Source: a bacterium (lineage in GTDB: Bacteria > Zhuqueibacterota > Zhuqueibacteria > Oceanimicrobiales > Oceanimicrobiaceae). From it: a stretch of 38,292 bases of DNA. Under the pieces are notes generated by a model. That model was given only the letters and a program-made list of their open reading frames with translations, had not been told where the DNA came from and did not search any database. Made by a program: the position numbers and the translations under genes. Of this stretch, positions 9,466-18,900 are shown in pieces (position 1 is the first letter of the stretch; every line of letters begins with the position of its first letter). The DNA lies in NCBI GenBank assembly GCA_046757025.1, contig JBHHXN010000030.1, forward strand, positions 1 through 38,292. Direction: 5' to 3'.

Positions 9466-9858
9466 ATGAGTGAATATGAAAATGTTAGAAAAGAAAATGA
9501 TAGCCCGAATAATTCAAAATTAACACCTGCCTCGCCTCTGGCTGATATCATTTCATTGGAAACGGTAGTAAATGTGCTGTTGCAAAAGGGTTTGTGTACA
9601 CCGGAAGAATTATTTGAAGAGGAAAGAAAAAGGTATCATTATCAGAGCAAGGTAAAAAACGTTTCCCTGGTGCAAACACCACAGAGTCTGGAGCAAGTTG
9701 ACAACAAAAAAAAGCATGGACATAACAGCCATTGGTTGAAGCGCAAAATGAGCAAATATCGCTGGACCAGAAGACTGGGCACAGCGCTTTTCGGTTGGCG
9801 CTGGAAAAAAGTGAAAACTAATCACACCAACAAACCACTTGAAAATCTTCATGAATAG
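9466..9858 (+). CDS. Hypothetical protein (130 aa), basic Trp-rich C-terminus
   Basis: Purine-rich SD (AGGGGG) upstream; its stop overlaps the TPM start (ATGAATAG), suggesting translational coupling. Confidence 0.7.
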   Translation: MSEYENVRKENDSPNNSKLTPASPLADIISLETVVNVLLQKGLCTPEELFEEERKRYHYQSKVKNVSLVQTPQSLEQVDNKKKHGHNSHWLKRKMSKYRWTRRLGTALFGWRWKKVKTNHTNKPLENLHE

Positions 9859-10648
9859 ATACTTGAAATTAACGCAAGCACTTTTGCTAATCGGTGTCAT
9901 TTTTTGTGTCTGCTCAGCAGGGAGGCTGTTTGCGCAAACTACCTTCCCCAAACCTGTTGGGTATGTCAATGATTTCGCCGGAGTGATTCCGCCGTCTTTC
10001 GAACAAAAAATGGAAGCCATCTGTCTGGAACTGCGGCAGAAAACCGGCGCTCAGCTTGTGGTGGTCACGGTTGAATCCGTGGGCGATGAATACTACACGG
10101 AGTACGCCAACAAGTTATTTGAAGCGTGGGGCATTGGGGAAAAAGGCAAGGACAACGGTGTGCTGCTGTTTAACACCGTCAAGGAACGCAAATTTCGCTT
10201 GGAGGTGGGGTACGGTCTGGAAGGCATCATCCCGGACGGTTTGGCCGGTGAGATTCGGGACCATTACGTGTTTCCGTTTTTTAAGCGAGACGATTATGGC
10301 AACGGTTTTTTAGCCGGTACAAAAGCGGTGGCGGCCATAATCGCAAAATCCGCAGGAGTGGAAATTACCGGTGTGCCCATGTTACCCGCGGTTCGAAAGA
10401 CAGTCAGAAAAAGAGGAGCCGGATCGAATTTTATCAAATTTATTTTACTGGCGTTGTTTTTTATCTTTTTTATGGGAAGAGGAAGAGGGGGACTTCTGCC
10501 TCTGTTATTTCTTGGCAGCATGGGTGGCCGTGGCCGGTATCACCACTGGGGCGGTGGTGGCTTTGGCGGGGGCGGTGGCTTTGGAGGCGGCTTTGGCGGT
10601 TTCGGCGGCGGCATGAGCGGCGGCGGCGGCGCAGGAGGAGGCTATTGA
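9851..10648 (+). CDS. TPM domain-containing membrane protein (YgcG-like)
   Basis: Signal peptide, GYVNDFAGVI, WGIGEKGKDNGVLL, LEVGYGLEGIIPD, one TM helix and a Gly-rich tail GGFGGFGGGMSGGGGAGGGY. Confidence 0.92.
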   Translation: MNRYLKLTQALLLIGVIFCVCSAGRLFAQTTFPKPVGYVNDFAGVIPPSFEQKMEAICLELRQKTGAQLVVVTVESVGDEYYTEYANKLFEAWGIGEKGKDNGVLLFNTVKERKFRLEVGYGLEGIIPDGLAGEIRDHYVFPFFKRDDYGNGFLAGTKAVAAIIAKSAGVEITGVPMLPAVRKTVRKRGAGSNFIKFILLALFFIFFMGRGRGGLLPLLFLGSMGGRGRYHHWGGGGFGGGGGFGGGFGGFGGGMSGGGGAGGGY

Positions 10649-10681
10649 AATGGTTGGCATTTATAATTTTCAGGAATCTTA

Positions 10682-10859
10682 ATTTTGTAGAATTATGCAA
10701 AATAGGGTGTTCAACCTCTCGTGCCTGTGTGAAAAGTTAAACTTAGAAAGTTTTGTCATGCCCCGCGTTGTGGGATTAGCGTTTCGACCTCTCACACAGT
10801 CTTTTTAAGTTGAAGCAGATTGAAGCCTGAACACCTCTGCATAATCTCATTTTGTAGAA
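10682..10859. mobile_element. Nested MITE-like repeat between the TPM and nucleotidyltransferase genes
   Basis: 11-bp direct repeats ATTTTGTAGAA (10682-10692; 10849-10859). Outer IR ATTATGCA..GGTGTTCA / TGAACACC..TGCATAAT. Inner IR CTGTGTGAAAAG (to 10736) / CCTCTCACACAG (from 10788). Confidence 0.6.
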
Positions 10860-10888
10860 GTTGAACATTTTCAAAATGGAGGAACAGT

Positions 10889-11614
10889 TTGGCCAGGATC
10901 CCAGAATCACCAGAAGAAATTTTTAAAGACTTTACTGAGGATGTACAAAATGCTTTTGAAAAGGAATTGGTGTCCATCATTCTTTATGGCAGCGGTGCAA
11001 AACATGCCTACATTCCCAAAAAATCCGACATCAACTTTCTGATCGCACTCACCGACCGTGGCATCGAAAATCTACAAAATGCCATAAATCTCGTGGCGAA
11101 GTGGCGCAAGCGCAACGTGGCAGTACCGCTTTTTCTTACCCAATCATATATCGATTCCGCCCTGGACACTTTTCCAATTGAGTTCTTGAACTTGAAGAGC
11201 CGCTACCAGGTCGTGTTTGGCGACGACTTGCTGAGTGGCGTGGTCATCAAAAAAAGCGATCTGCGTTTGCAAATCGAGCGGGAACTGCGTGGTAAATTGA
11301 TTTATTTGCGTGAAGGATTTCTCAGCACGGGGCAGGACCGGCGGGCGTTGTATGAAATGTTAGCGGCTACGGTGCCGTCCTTCGTCTCTATTTTCTCCGC
11401 CCTATTGTACCTTAAAGATGAAGCCGTACCCGATTCCCGTATAAAAGCTTTTGAGCGAACCGGGGAGTTATTTGGTTTGCAGAATGCGGTTTTTACCCAC
11501 CTGCTCAACATCAAACGCGGTGAGTGGCGAGGTTCCAAAACACAACTCCACGAAATCACCATGAGTTTTATCAATCAAATCAAGAAGTTAGTAGAGCAGG
11601 TTGACAAAATTTAA
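10889..11614 (+). CDS. Pol-beta superfamily nucleotidyltransferase-domain protein with C-terminal helical domain
   Basis: SIILYGSGA...SDINFLI (hG[GS]x9-13DxD-like, here DxN); TTG start with GGAGG SD; lies next to lemA and TPM. Confidence 0.8.
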   Translation: MARIPESPEEIFKDFTEDVQNAFEKELVSIILYGSGAKHAYIPKKSDINFLIALTDRGIENLQNAINLVAKWRKRNVAVPLFLTQSYIDSALDTFPIEFLNLKSRYQVVFGDDLLSGVVIKKSDLRLQIERELRGKLIYLREGFLSTGQDRRALYEMLAATVPSFVSIFSALLYLKDEAVPDSRIKAFERTGELFGLQNAVFTHLLNIKRGEWRGSKTQLHEITMSFINQIKKLVEQVDKI

Positions 11615-11640
11615 TAATTTGCTGTTTACAGGAGGGTTTC

Positions 11641-12264
11641 ATGAGTAAAGGTATGAAAATATTTTTAGGTATTGCTATCGTTCTGGTAATACTTGGATTC
11701 ATGACATTCAGCTTTTTTAAGAACAATTATAACGCGCTAGTGCAGCTGGATGAAAACGTCAACGGCGCCTGGGCGCAGGTGCAAAACGTCTATCAAAGAC
11801 GAGCAGACTTGATTCCCAATTTAGTGGAAACGGTTAAAGGATATGCGGCCCATGAAAAGGAAACCCTGGAAGCGGTGATCCAGGCGCGAGCCAACGCCAC
11901 GCGGCCGCAAATCAACGCAGGCAATATTTTGCAGAATCCTCAACTTTTCCAACAATTCGAACAGGCGCAGAATCAATTAGGCGCCGCCCTGGGACGCTTG
12001 ATGCTGGTCATCGAGCGCTACCCCGATCTCAAAGCCAACGTCAACTTTATTCGGTTGCAGGATGAGCTGGCGGGTACTGAAAACAGGATCGCTGTAGAAC
12101 GGCGTCGATTTAACGACTCGGTAAAAGTTTATAATCAAAAGATCAGGAAATTTCCGACGGTGATGATTGCGGGCATGTTTGGGTTTCAACAGCGACAATA
12201 TTTTCAGGCCAGCGAAGAAGCCCAGCAAGCGCCAGCCGTGGATTTTTCATCGGAGAGAAAATAG
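11641..12264 (+). CDS. lemA: LemA family protein
   Basis: N-terminal TM anchor, YQRRADLIPNLVETVKGYAAHE, ERYPDLKAN, ELAGTENRIAVERRRFN; AGGAGG SD. Confidence 0.95.
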   Translation: MSKGMKIFLGIAIVLVILGFMTFSFFKNNYNALVQLDENVNGAWAQVQNVYQRRADLIPNLVETVKGYAAHEKETLEAVIQARANATRPQINAGNILQNPQLFQQFEQAQNQLGAALGRLMLVIERYPDLKANVNFIRLQDELAGTENRIAVERRRFNDSVKVYNQKIRKFPTVMIAGMFGFQQRQYFQASEEAQQAPAVDFSSERK

Positions 12265-12432
12265 AGCAGGCTCAACTAATCTCAGATTGGTTACATACCA
12301 AAAAAGTTTCAACTCTCATTACCATAAAATACTTTGTCGAGGATACATTTTGCAATGTATCCTATTTGATTGTTTACAGTCATTTGACGAAGACAATTAC
12401 CTGCACTGCTGATGTTTTAAATTTGATTCAAT

Positions 12433-13977
12433 TTGAATAACCAAAATAAATATTCCACCTATCAAAAAGTCAGCCTGCTGCTTGGGATTCCGATCTTTCT
12501 TGCCATCTTGTTGCTTCTCCATCCCACCGGACTTTCACCGGAGGGTCAAAAAACACTGGCCATAGCCGTGTTGATGGCTTTTTGGTGGATTACCGAAGCC
12601 CTCCCCATTCCCGCCACCGCTTTGATTCCGTTGGCTCTGTTTCCCGCTCTCGGAATCATGAGCTACCGCGATGTGGCGCCCAATTACAGCGACAGCGTCA
12701 TTTTTTTATTCATGGGCGGCTTTTTATTGGCCATGGCCATGCAAAAATGGCAGCTCCACAAAAGATTGGCCCTGCGCATCGTCAGTGTGATCGGCACCAG
12801 TTCGCACCGCATCGTGTTAGGTTTTATGACGGCTTCCGCTTTCATCTCCATGATGATCTCTAACACCTCCACAACTTTGTTGATGTATCCCATCGGTCTG
12901 GCGGTGATTTTGCAGTTAGCTGAATTAAAAAAGGCGAACACAAATGAAGAAAAATTAGACGACGGTACGCATTTTCAAACTGCCCTACTGTTAGGCATTG
13001 CCTATGCGTCCAGCGTGGGTGGCATCGCCACGTTAATCGGCACGCCCCCCAATGTGATTTTTGCCGGCGTGGTAACCTCCATTTTCCCGCAAGCGCCGGC
13101 GGTCGGTTTTTTTCAGTGGATGCTCATTGGCGTCCCTTTGTCGGTACTATTTATTCCTGTGATTTGGATTTGTTTAACCCGGTTGATTTTTCCATTATCG
13201 CGCGTTGAGGTAGCTGGCGGCAAACAGGTCATTCGCCAGCAGCTGGCGCAGCTCGGTAAGATCACACGAGGAGAAAGGTTAACACTGATTATTTTTATCG
13301 TAACTGCTTTTGCCTTGATTTTTCGGCGCGACATCGATCTGCATATCATCACCATTCCTGGCTGGAGCGATTGGCTGGGACTGTCGGCCTTGGTGAGCGA
13401 CACCACGGTGGTGATGTTTGCGGCCTTGTTGATGTTTGCCATCCCCGTGGATTTGAAAAAAGGCGAGTTCGTTCTGGACTGGCAGTGGGCCGTGAAAATT
13501 CCATGGGGTTTGCTGCTTTTGTTTGGAGGCGGCATTGCGTTGGCCAAGGGCTTTCAAACCACAGGATTGGCGGCATGGTTGGGATCCCATTTAACTTACT
13601 TGCAAAATGTGCCCGTCATCCTGATGATTTTGAGCATTTGCCTTTTGCTGACTTTCCTGACCGAGCTGACCTCCAACACGGCCATCACCACCATCTTTAT
13701 GCCGATTTTGGCTTCAACTGCTGTGGCCATGCATACGCATCCCTTTCTTTTAATGATTCCAGCAGCCATGTCTGCCTCATGCGCTTTCATGCTGCCGGTG
13801 GCCACTCCGCCGAACGCCATTATATTTGGCTCGGGCTACATCAGAATTTCACAAATGACGCGAGCAGGATTTGCGCTAAATATCCTTGGGGCGGTTTTGA
13901 TAACCCTTCTGGTTTATCTGCTGGCGCTGCCTGTGTTTAACATAAGCCCGGGTACGGTGCCAGTTTGGGCGCAATAA
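12433..13977 (+). CDS. DASS/SLC13 family Na+-coupled di/tricarboxylate or sulfate symporter
   Basis: WWITEALPIPATAL, ISNTST, TLIGTPPN, TELTSNTA and FMLPVATPPNAI (both SNT motifs present). Confidence 0.93.
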   Translation: MNNQNKYSTYQKVSLLLGIPIFLAILLLLHPTGLSPEGQKTLAIAVLMAFWWITEALPIPATALIPLALFPALGIMSYRDVAPNYSDSVIFLFMGGFLLAMAMQKWQLHKRLALRIVSVIGTSSHRIVLGFMTASAFISMMISNTSTTLLMYPIGLAVILQLAELKKANTNEEKLDDGTHFQTALLLGIAYASSVGGIATLIGTPPNVIFAGVVTSIFPQAPAVGFFQWMLIGVPLSVLFIPVIWICLTRLIFPLSRVEVAGGKQVIRQQLAQLGKITRGERLTLIIFIVTAFALIFRRDIDLHIITIPGWSDWLGLSALVSDTTVVMFAALLMFAIPVDLKKGEFVLDWQWAVKIPWGLLLLFGGGIALAKGFQTTGLAAWLGSHLTYLQNVPVILMILSICLLLTFLTELTSNTAITTIFMPILASTAVAMHTHPFLLMIPAAMSASCAFMLPVATPPNAIIFGSGYIRISQMTRAGFALNILGAVLITLLVYLLALPVFNISPGTVPVWAQ

Positions 13978-14006
13978 GCAACTGGAAAAATAAAAGGCGG
14001 TTTTTC

Positions 14007-14168
14007 TCTTAAAAGTGAGAAAAAGCATTACGATAATTCTTAAAAGTAAGAAAGAAAAAGTAACTTCCATTTTGAATTAACTTTTAGATGTAAAAAGTAA
14101 TTAATTAACATGTATTTAGAAGAGCTCAATTCAATGACTCATCAAAATATCTTGGCATGTTGTTTGGT
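14007..14168 (+). promoter_or_regulatory. Putative sigma54-like promoter with upstream direct repeats before gdhA
   Basis: TGGCAT-N5-TTGG (14153-14167) against consensus TGGCAC-N5-TTGC; TCTTAAAAGTRAGAAA repeated at 14007 and 14038. Confidence 0.4.
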
Positions 14169-14236
14169 GAGCAAAATTCATTGTTTTAAATTCGACGACT
14201 TTTTATTTCATGCACATACTAACTTGAGGAGGCATT

Positions 14237-15598
14237 ATGTCTGAATTCATCAAAGATTTTATGGCAGAGATCAAAGCAAAAAATCCGAGTGAGCCGGAGT
14301 TTCATCAAGCTGTGGAAGAAGTAGCTGAGTCCTTAGTTTTGGTTCTGGATCGCCATTCGGAATATCGTTCTGCCAAAATATTGGAGCGTATTGCCGAACC
14401 GGAACGCGTCATCATGTTCCGGGTGCCGTGGGTAGATGATCAGGGGCACGTTCAGGTCAATCGCGGATTTCGCATCGAAATGAACAGCGCTATTGGTCCA
14501 TACAAAGGCGGCTTGCGATTTCACCCTTCTGTAAACCTGGGTATCTTAAAATTTTTAGCTTTTGAGCAAGTGTTTAAAAACAGTCTGACCACCTTACCCA
14601 TGGGGGGCGGCAAAGGTGGCTCGGATTTTGATCCAAAAGGGAAAAGCGACACTGAAGTCATGCGATTCTGCCAGAGTTTTATGAATGAATTGTTTCGACA
14701 TATTGGCTCGAACACAGACGTACCGGCTGGCGATATTGGCGTGGGCGGCCGGGAAATAGGTTATTTGTTTGGGCAGTACAAAAAACTAAGCAACGAATTC
14801 ACCGGTGTGCTCACTGGCAAGGGTTTGAATTGGGGCGGTTCCCTCATTCGTCCGGAAGCGACCGGTTACGGCTCAGTCTATTTTGCAGCGGAAATGATCG
14901 CCACCCGCGGCGAAACTTTGGAAGGCAAGACCTGCCTGGTTTCGGGCAGCGGCAACGTGGCTCAGTACACGGTGGAAAAGATCAATCAACTTGGCGGTAA
15001 GGTGGTTACCCTATCTGATTCCAGCGGCTATATCTATGATGAAGAAGGAATTTCAACGGAAAAGCTGGAATTTGTGAAGGAGCTGAAAAACGTGCGTCGT
15101 GGCCGGATTAAGCAATATGCCGATAAATATCCCAACGTGGTTTATACCACAATCGATCCCGCGGCGGACCATAATCCAATCTGGAACCACAAAGCGGACT
15201 GTGCTTTCCCGAGCGCAACTCAAAATGAAATCAATGGCCAGGATGCCCAAAATTTAGTCAACAACGGGGTTTACGTGGTCAGCGAAGGCGCAAACATGCC
15301 CACCACTTTGGACGGCGTCAGGATTTTCTTAGACAACGGTGTTCTCTATGGGCCTGGCAAAGCCGCCAACGCCGGCGGTGTGGCGGTGTCTGGCCTGGAA
15401 ATGACTCAGAATAGCATGCGGCTTCCCTGGACTCGCGAGGAAGTCGATCAAAAGCTGCATCACATCATGAAAAGCATTCATCAAACCTGTGTGGAATTTT
15501 CGGAACGATTTGGTACGCCGGGCAATTATGTCAATGGGGCTAACATCGGCGGATTCCTCAAAGTGGCCGACGCCATGCTCGATCAAGGAATTGTTTGA
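14237..15598 (+). CDS. gdhA: NADP-specific-type glutamate dehydrogenase
   Basis: GPYKGGLRFHPSV, LPMGGGKGGSDFDP, DVPAGDIGVG, RPEATGYG, SGSGNVA, PGKAANAGGV; GAGGAGG SD. Confidence 0.97.
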   Translation: MSEFIKDFMAEIKAKNPSEPEFHQAVEEVAESLVLVLDRHSEYRSAKILERIAEPERVIMFRVPWVDDQGHVQVNRGFRIEMNSAIGPYKGGLRFHPSVNLGILKFLAFEQVFKNSLTTLPMGGGKGGSDFDPKGKSDTEVMRFCQSFMNELFRHIGSNTDVPAGDIGVGGREIGYLFGQYKKLSNEFTGVLTGKGLNWGGSLIRPEATGYGSVYFAAEMIATRGETLEGKTCLVSGSGNVAQYTVEKINQLGGKVVTLSDSSGYIYDEEGISTEKLEFVKELKNVRRGRIKQYADKYPNVVYTTIDPAADHNPIWNHKADCAFPSATQNEINGQDAQNLVNNGVYVVSEGANMPTTLDGVRIFLDNGVLYGPGKAANAGGVAVSGLEMTQNSMRLPWTREEVDQKLHHIMKSIHQTCVEFSERFGTPGNYVNGANIGGFLKVADAMLDQGIV

Positions 15599-15623
15599 TT
15601 TTTATCGCAATTATGATTATTAT

Positions 15624-15654
15624 CGGAGTGGCGATTTGCCGCTCCGTTTTTTTT
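15624..15654 (+). terminator. Rho-independent terminator after gdhA
   Basis: CGGAGTGGC-loop-GCCGCTCCG hairpin followed by T8. Confidence 0.8.
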
Positions 15655-15696
15655 ATACAGCAGCGAAGAACTCGGAAGTAACAAAGCAAGTTTAAA

Positions 15697-15846
15697 TAGT
15701 GTCCATCCGTAATCGTCATTCCCGAATGCTCCCTGCTTACAACATGCAGGGACAAGCTCATCGGGAATCTCATGCCTAACGGAACAATGGATTCCCGCTC
15801 AAAGATTGCGGGAATGACAAAAAAGGTTCTTTACGGATGGACACTA
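15697..15846. mobile_element. 150-bp MITE-like element with perfect 16-bp terminal inverted repeats
   Basis: TAGTGTCCATCCGTAA (15697-15712) / TTACGGATGGACACTA (15831-15846). Internal GTCATTCCCG...CGGGAATC and GATTCCCGC..GCGGGAATGAC hairpins. Second copy at 1-63. Confidence 0.85.
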
Positions 15847-15906
15847 AATAATAGAAAAATATTGGGGAATTTGGAATCCCTTGACACTTCGTTAAAGGCG
15901 TAAATC

Positions 15907-18900
15907 ATGGCGAAAAAAACGAAAAATTTTCATGACGGAAATTTTGAGCCGCTGTGGTTAGAACAGGGTTACGGTGCCCGGGTGCAAGCCTTTCAAAATC
16001 TCATGCGCTACCGCATCCGCGACATTTTGATGGTGTCCAGTCTGTACGATTTGTTTTTGTTTGAGGAAGACGGACGACTTTACGAGCTGTTGCGGGAAGA
16101 ATACCGGGATTTGAATCTTAGTCACGCACCGGAGCTTACACGCGTTTCCAGCGGCAAAGAGGCCATTCGCATAGCCAAAGAAGAGAAGCGTTTTGATCTG
16201 ATCATTACCACGCTGCACATTGACGACATGCAGCCGCATTCATTCGCCAAACTGGTGCGGGATTCCCAACTGAATATTCCCATCGTGCTGCTGGCTTACG
16301 ATCATCGTGAGCTGCAGGAATTGCTGCTTTATCACGATCCCTCGGTGTTCGACCAGGTTTTTGTCTGGCAGGGCAACTTTCGCATTCTCATCGCCATCAT
16401 AAAATGTCTGGAAGATAAAAAAAATGTTGACCATGACACGCGCGCTGTGGGGGTGCAGTCGATTATTCTCATCGAAGACCAGGTACGCTACTACTCGTCC
16501 TTTCTGCCTATTTTTTACATGGAAATTTTTCAACAGGCGCGGCGGCTGCTTTCCGAAGGCATCAACCTGTCGCATCGATTTTTACGAATGCGGGCACGGC
16601 CTAAAATTCTTTTGTGCAACAATTATGAGGAAGCGTGGAATTATTTTTCCAAATACAAGGATTATATTCTCGGCGTAATATCTGATATCGATTTCATGCA
16701 CAACGGCAAGGAAGATCCTCAGGCGGGCATTGAATTTGCCCAAAGCGTCAAACGATTGCATGAGGACATCCCCATTCTGCTGCAATCGAATGTGCCTGAA
16801 AACGAACAAAAGGCGTATGAGGCCGGCGCCTCGTTTCTGCTCAAGCAATCGCCAACATTGTTGGAAGAGCTGCGTAAGTTCATGTATGAACATTTTTCAT
16901 TTGGTGAATTTGTGTTTCGAACGCCCGACGGCCGCGAAATTGCCCGGGCCCATGATTTGAAATCTCTGGAAAAACAGCTCAAAGTGGTCCCCGAAGAAAG
17001 TCTGAAATATCACGGTGAGCGCAACCATTTTTCCAATTGGTTAAAGGCGCGTACCGAATTCTGGTTGGCTCACAAATTGCGTCCGCGCAAAGTCTCTGAT
17101 TTTTCTTCCCTGCAGGGTCTGCGTCAAGATCTGATCAATTCCCTCCGGGAATATCGCAAAGACCGCCAGCGCGGTATCATAACCGACTTCAAAAAAGAAA
17201 CGTTCTATCCCCTGAGCAGCTTTGCCAGAATCGGAGGAGGTTCACTGGGTGGAAAAGCCCGGGGATTGTCGTTTGTAAATAAATTGATTTACAATTATAA
17301 AGTGAACAACCGATTTAAAAACGTTAAGATTTTTATACCGCCGGCTGTGGTTCTTGGTACCGATGTTTTCGATGAATTTATTGAAGAAAACGATCTGCAC
17401 CACTTTGCCTTAAACGCCACGTGTGACCAAGATATCATTCAAAAATTTTTAGCCGCTGAAAAATTTCCCGCGTCGGTTGTATCGGATTTAAAATATTTTC
17501 TACAATCCATTAAAACTCCCTTAGCCATTCGTTCTTCGAGTTTGATGGAAGACTCGCAGTACTTTCCCTTTGCTGGCGTTTACAACACATACATGCTGCC
17601 AAATAACAACAAAGTTTTGAATGCGCGATTAGATGAATTGCTTTGCGCGATAAAGTTGGTTTATGCGTCCACATTTTATCAAAATTCAAAAGAATATTTC
17701 AAAGTAACTTCGTACCGTCTGGAAGAGGAAAAAATGGCGGTCATCATTCAGAAGATGGTCGGAACACAGCACGGCGAGCGATTTTATCCGGATTTTTCCG
17801 GCGTGGCCAAATCGTACAACTTTTATCCGGTGGAACCGCAAAAATCGTACGACGGAATTTGTTCCATTGCGTTAGGGCTGGGAAAGACCGTGGTGGATGG
17901 CGGCATAACCGTAAAATTTTGTCCTAAATACCCTAACCTGATTCCACAGTTTCATACCATCGATGAAACGCTCAAATCAAGTCAACAGACTTTTTTTGCC
18001 ATGAACCTATCCGGCAAAATCGACAAGTCATCTGAAGCCAATTACGGATTGATCAATGAATTTGATTTAAGTCATGCAGAAAAAGACGGCACGCTCAAGT
18101 TTGCCGGGTCCACTTATTCACACGAAAACAGCGTTATTTATGACGGCATCGCCCGCCCCGGCTTCCGGCTGGTGACTTTTGCCCCGATTTTGAAGCACGG
18201 TTTATTTCCGCTTGCTGAAATCGTACGGCTTTTGTTGGATCTGGGGACCTGGGCCATGGGCACGCCGGTGGAAATCGAATTTGCCGTGAATCTTTCCCAT
18301 TCAAAAAGTAAACAACCAGAATTTGGTTTTTTACAAATGCGGCCGTTGGCGATTCGACATGAATTCGATGTGCTGGAAATCAACGAAACGCAGCCGGACA
18401 AATTGATTTGCCAAAGCAAAAAAGTTTTGGGGAACGGAATCATTTCGGATATTCAGGATATCGTGGTAGTGGACATCCATCGTTTCGATCGCTTTAAAAG
18501 TCACGAAGTCGCCAGGGAAGTGACCATTTACAATACCCGGCTGATTGCTGAAAATCGGCCGTATCTTTTAATCGGTGTGGGTCGGTGGGGCTCCATGGAC
18601 CCGTTATTAGGAATTCCGGTGAAATGGGAACAAATTTCCGGCGCTCGGGTAATCGTGGAAGGGGGATTCAAAGACTACAGTGTTGCGCCTTCGCAAGGTT
18701 CCCATTTCTTTCATAATCTCACCTCCTTCCGGGTCGGATATTTCACCATCACATCTGATACCGCTGACGGCTTTCTAAATTGGGAGTGGTTGTTGAAGCA
18801 GCCATCTCATGACGAAATGCAATTCACCCGGCACTTGCAATTAGACGAGCCAATCACCGTGAAAATGAACGGCCGGAAAAATTTGGGCGTCATTTTAAAG

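Noticed and set aside
9541..9625. Resemblance of LETVVNVLLQKGLCTPEEL to the nitrile hydratase alpha-subunit N-terminus
   Set aside because: Only a generic short helix motif; the CxxCSC metal site and a partner subunit are absent.
10545..10645. GGC/GGT-rich tandem-like sequence
   Set aside because: Explained by the Gly-rich tail normal for TPM-domain proteins.
15881..15909. Perfect TTGACA just upstream of the dikinase-like gene
   Set aside because: No -10 at 16-18 bp spacing before the start codon.
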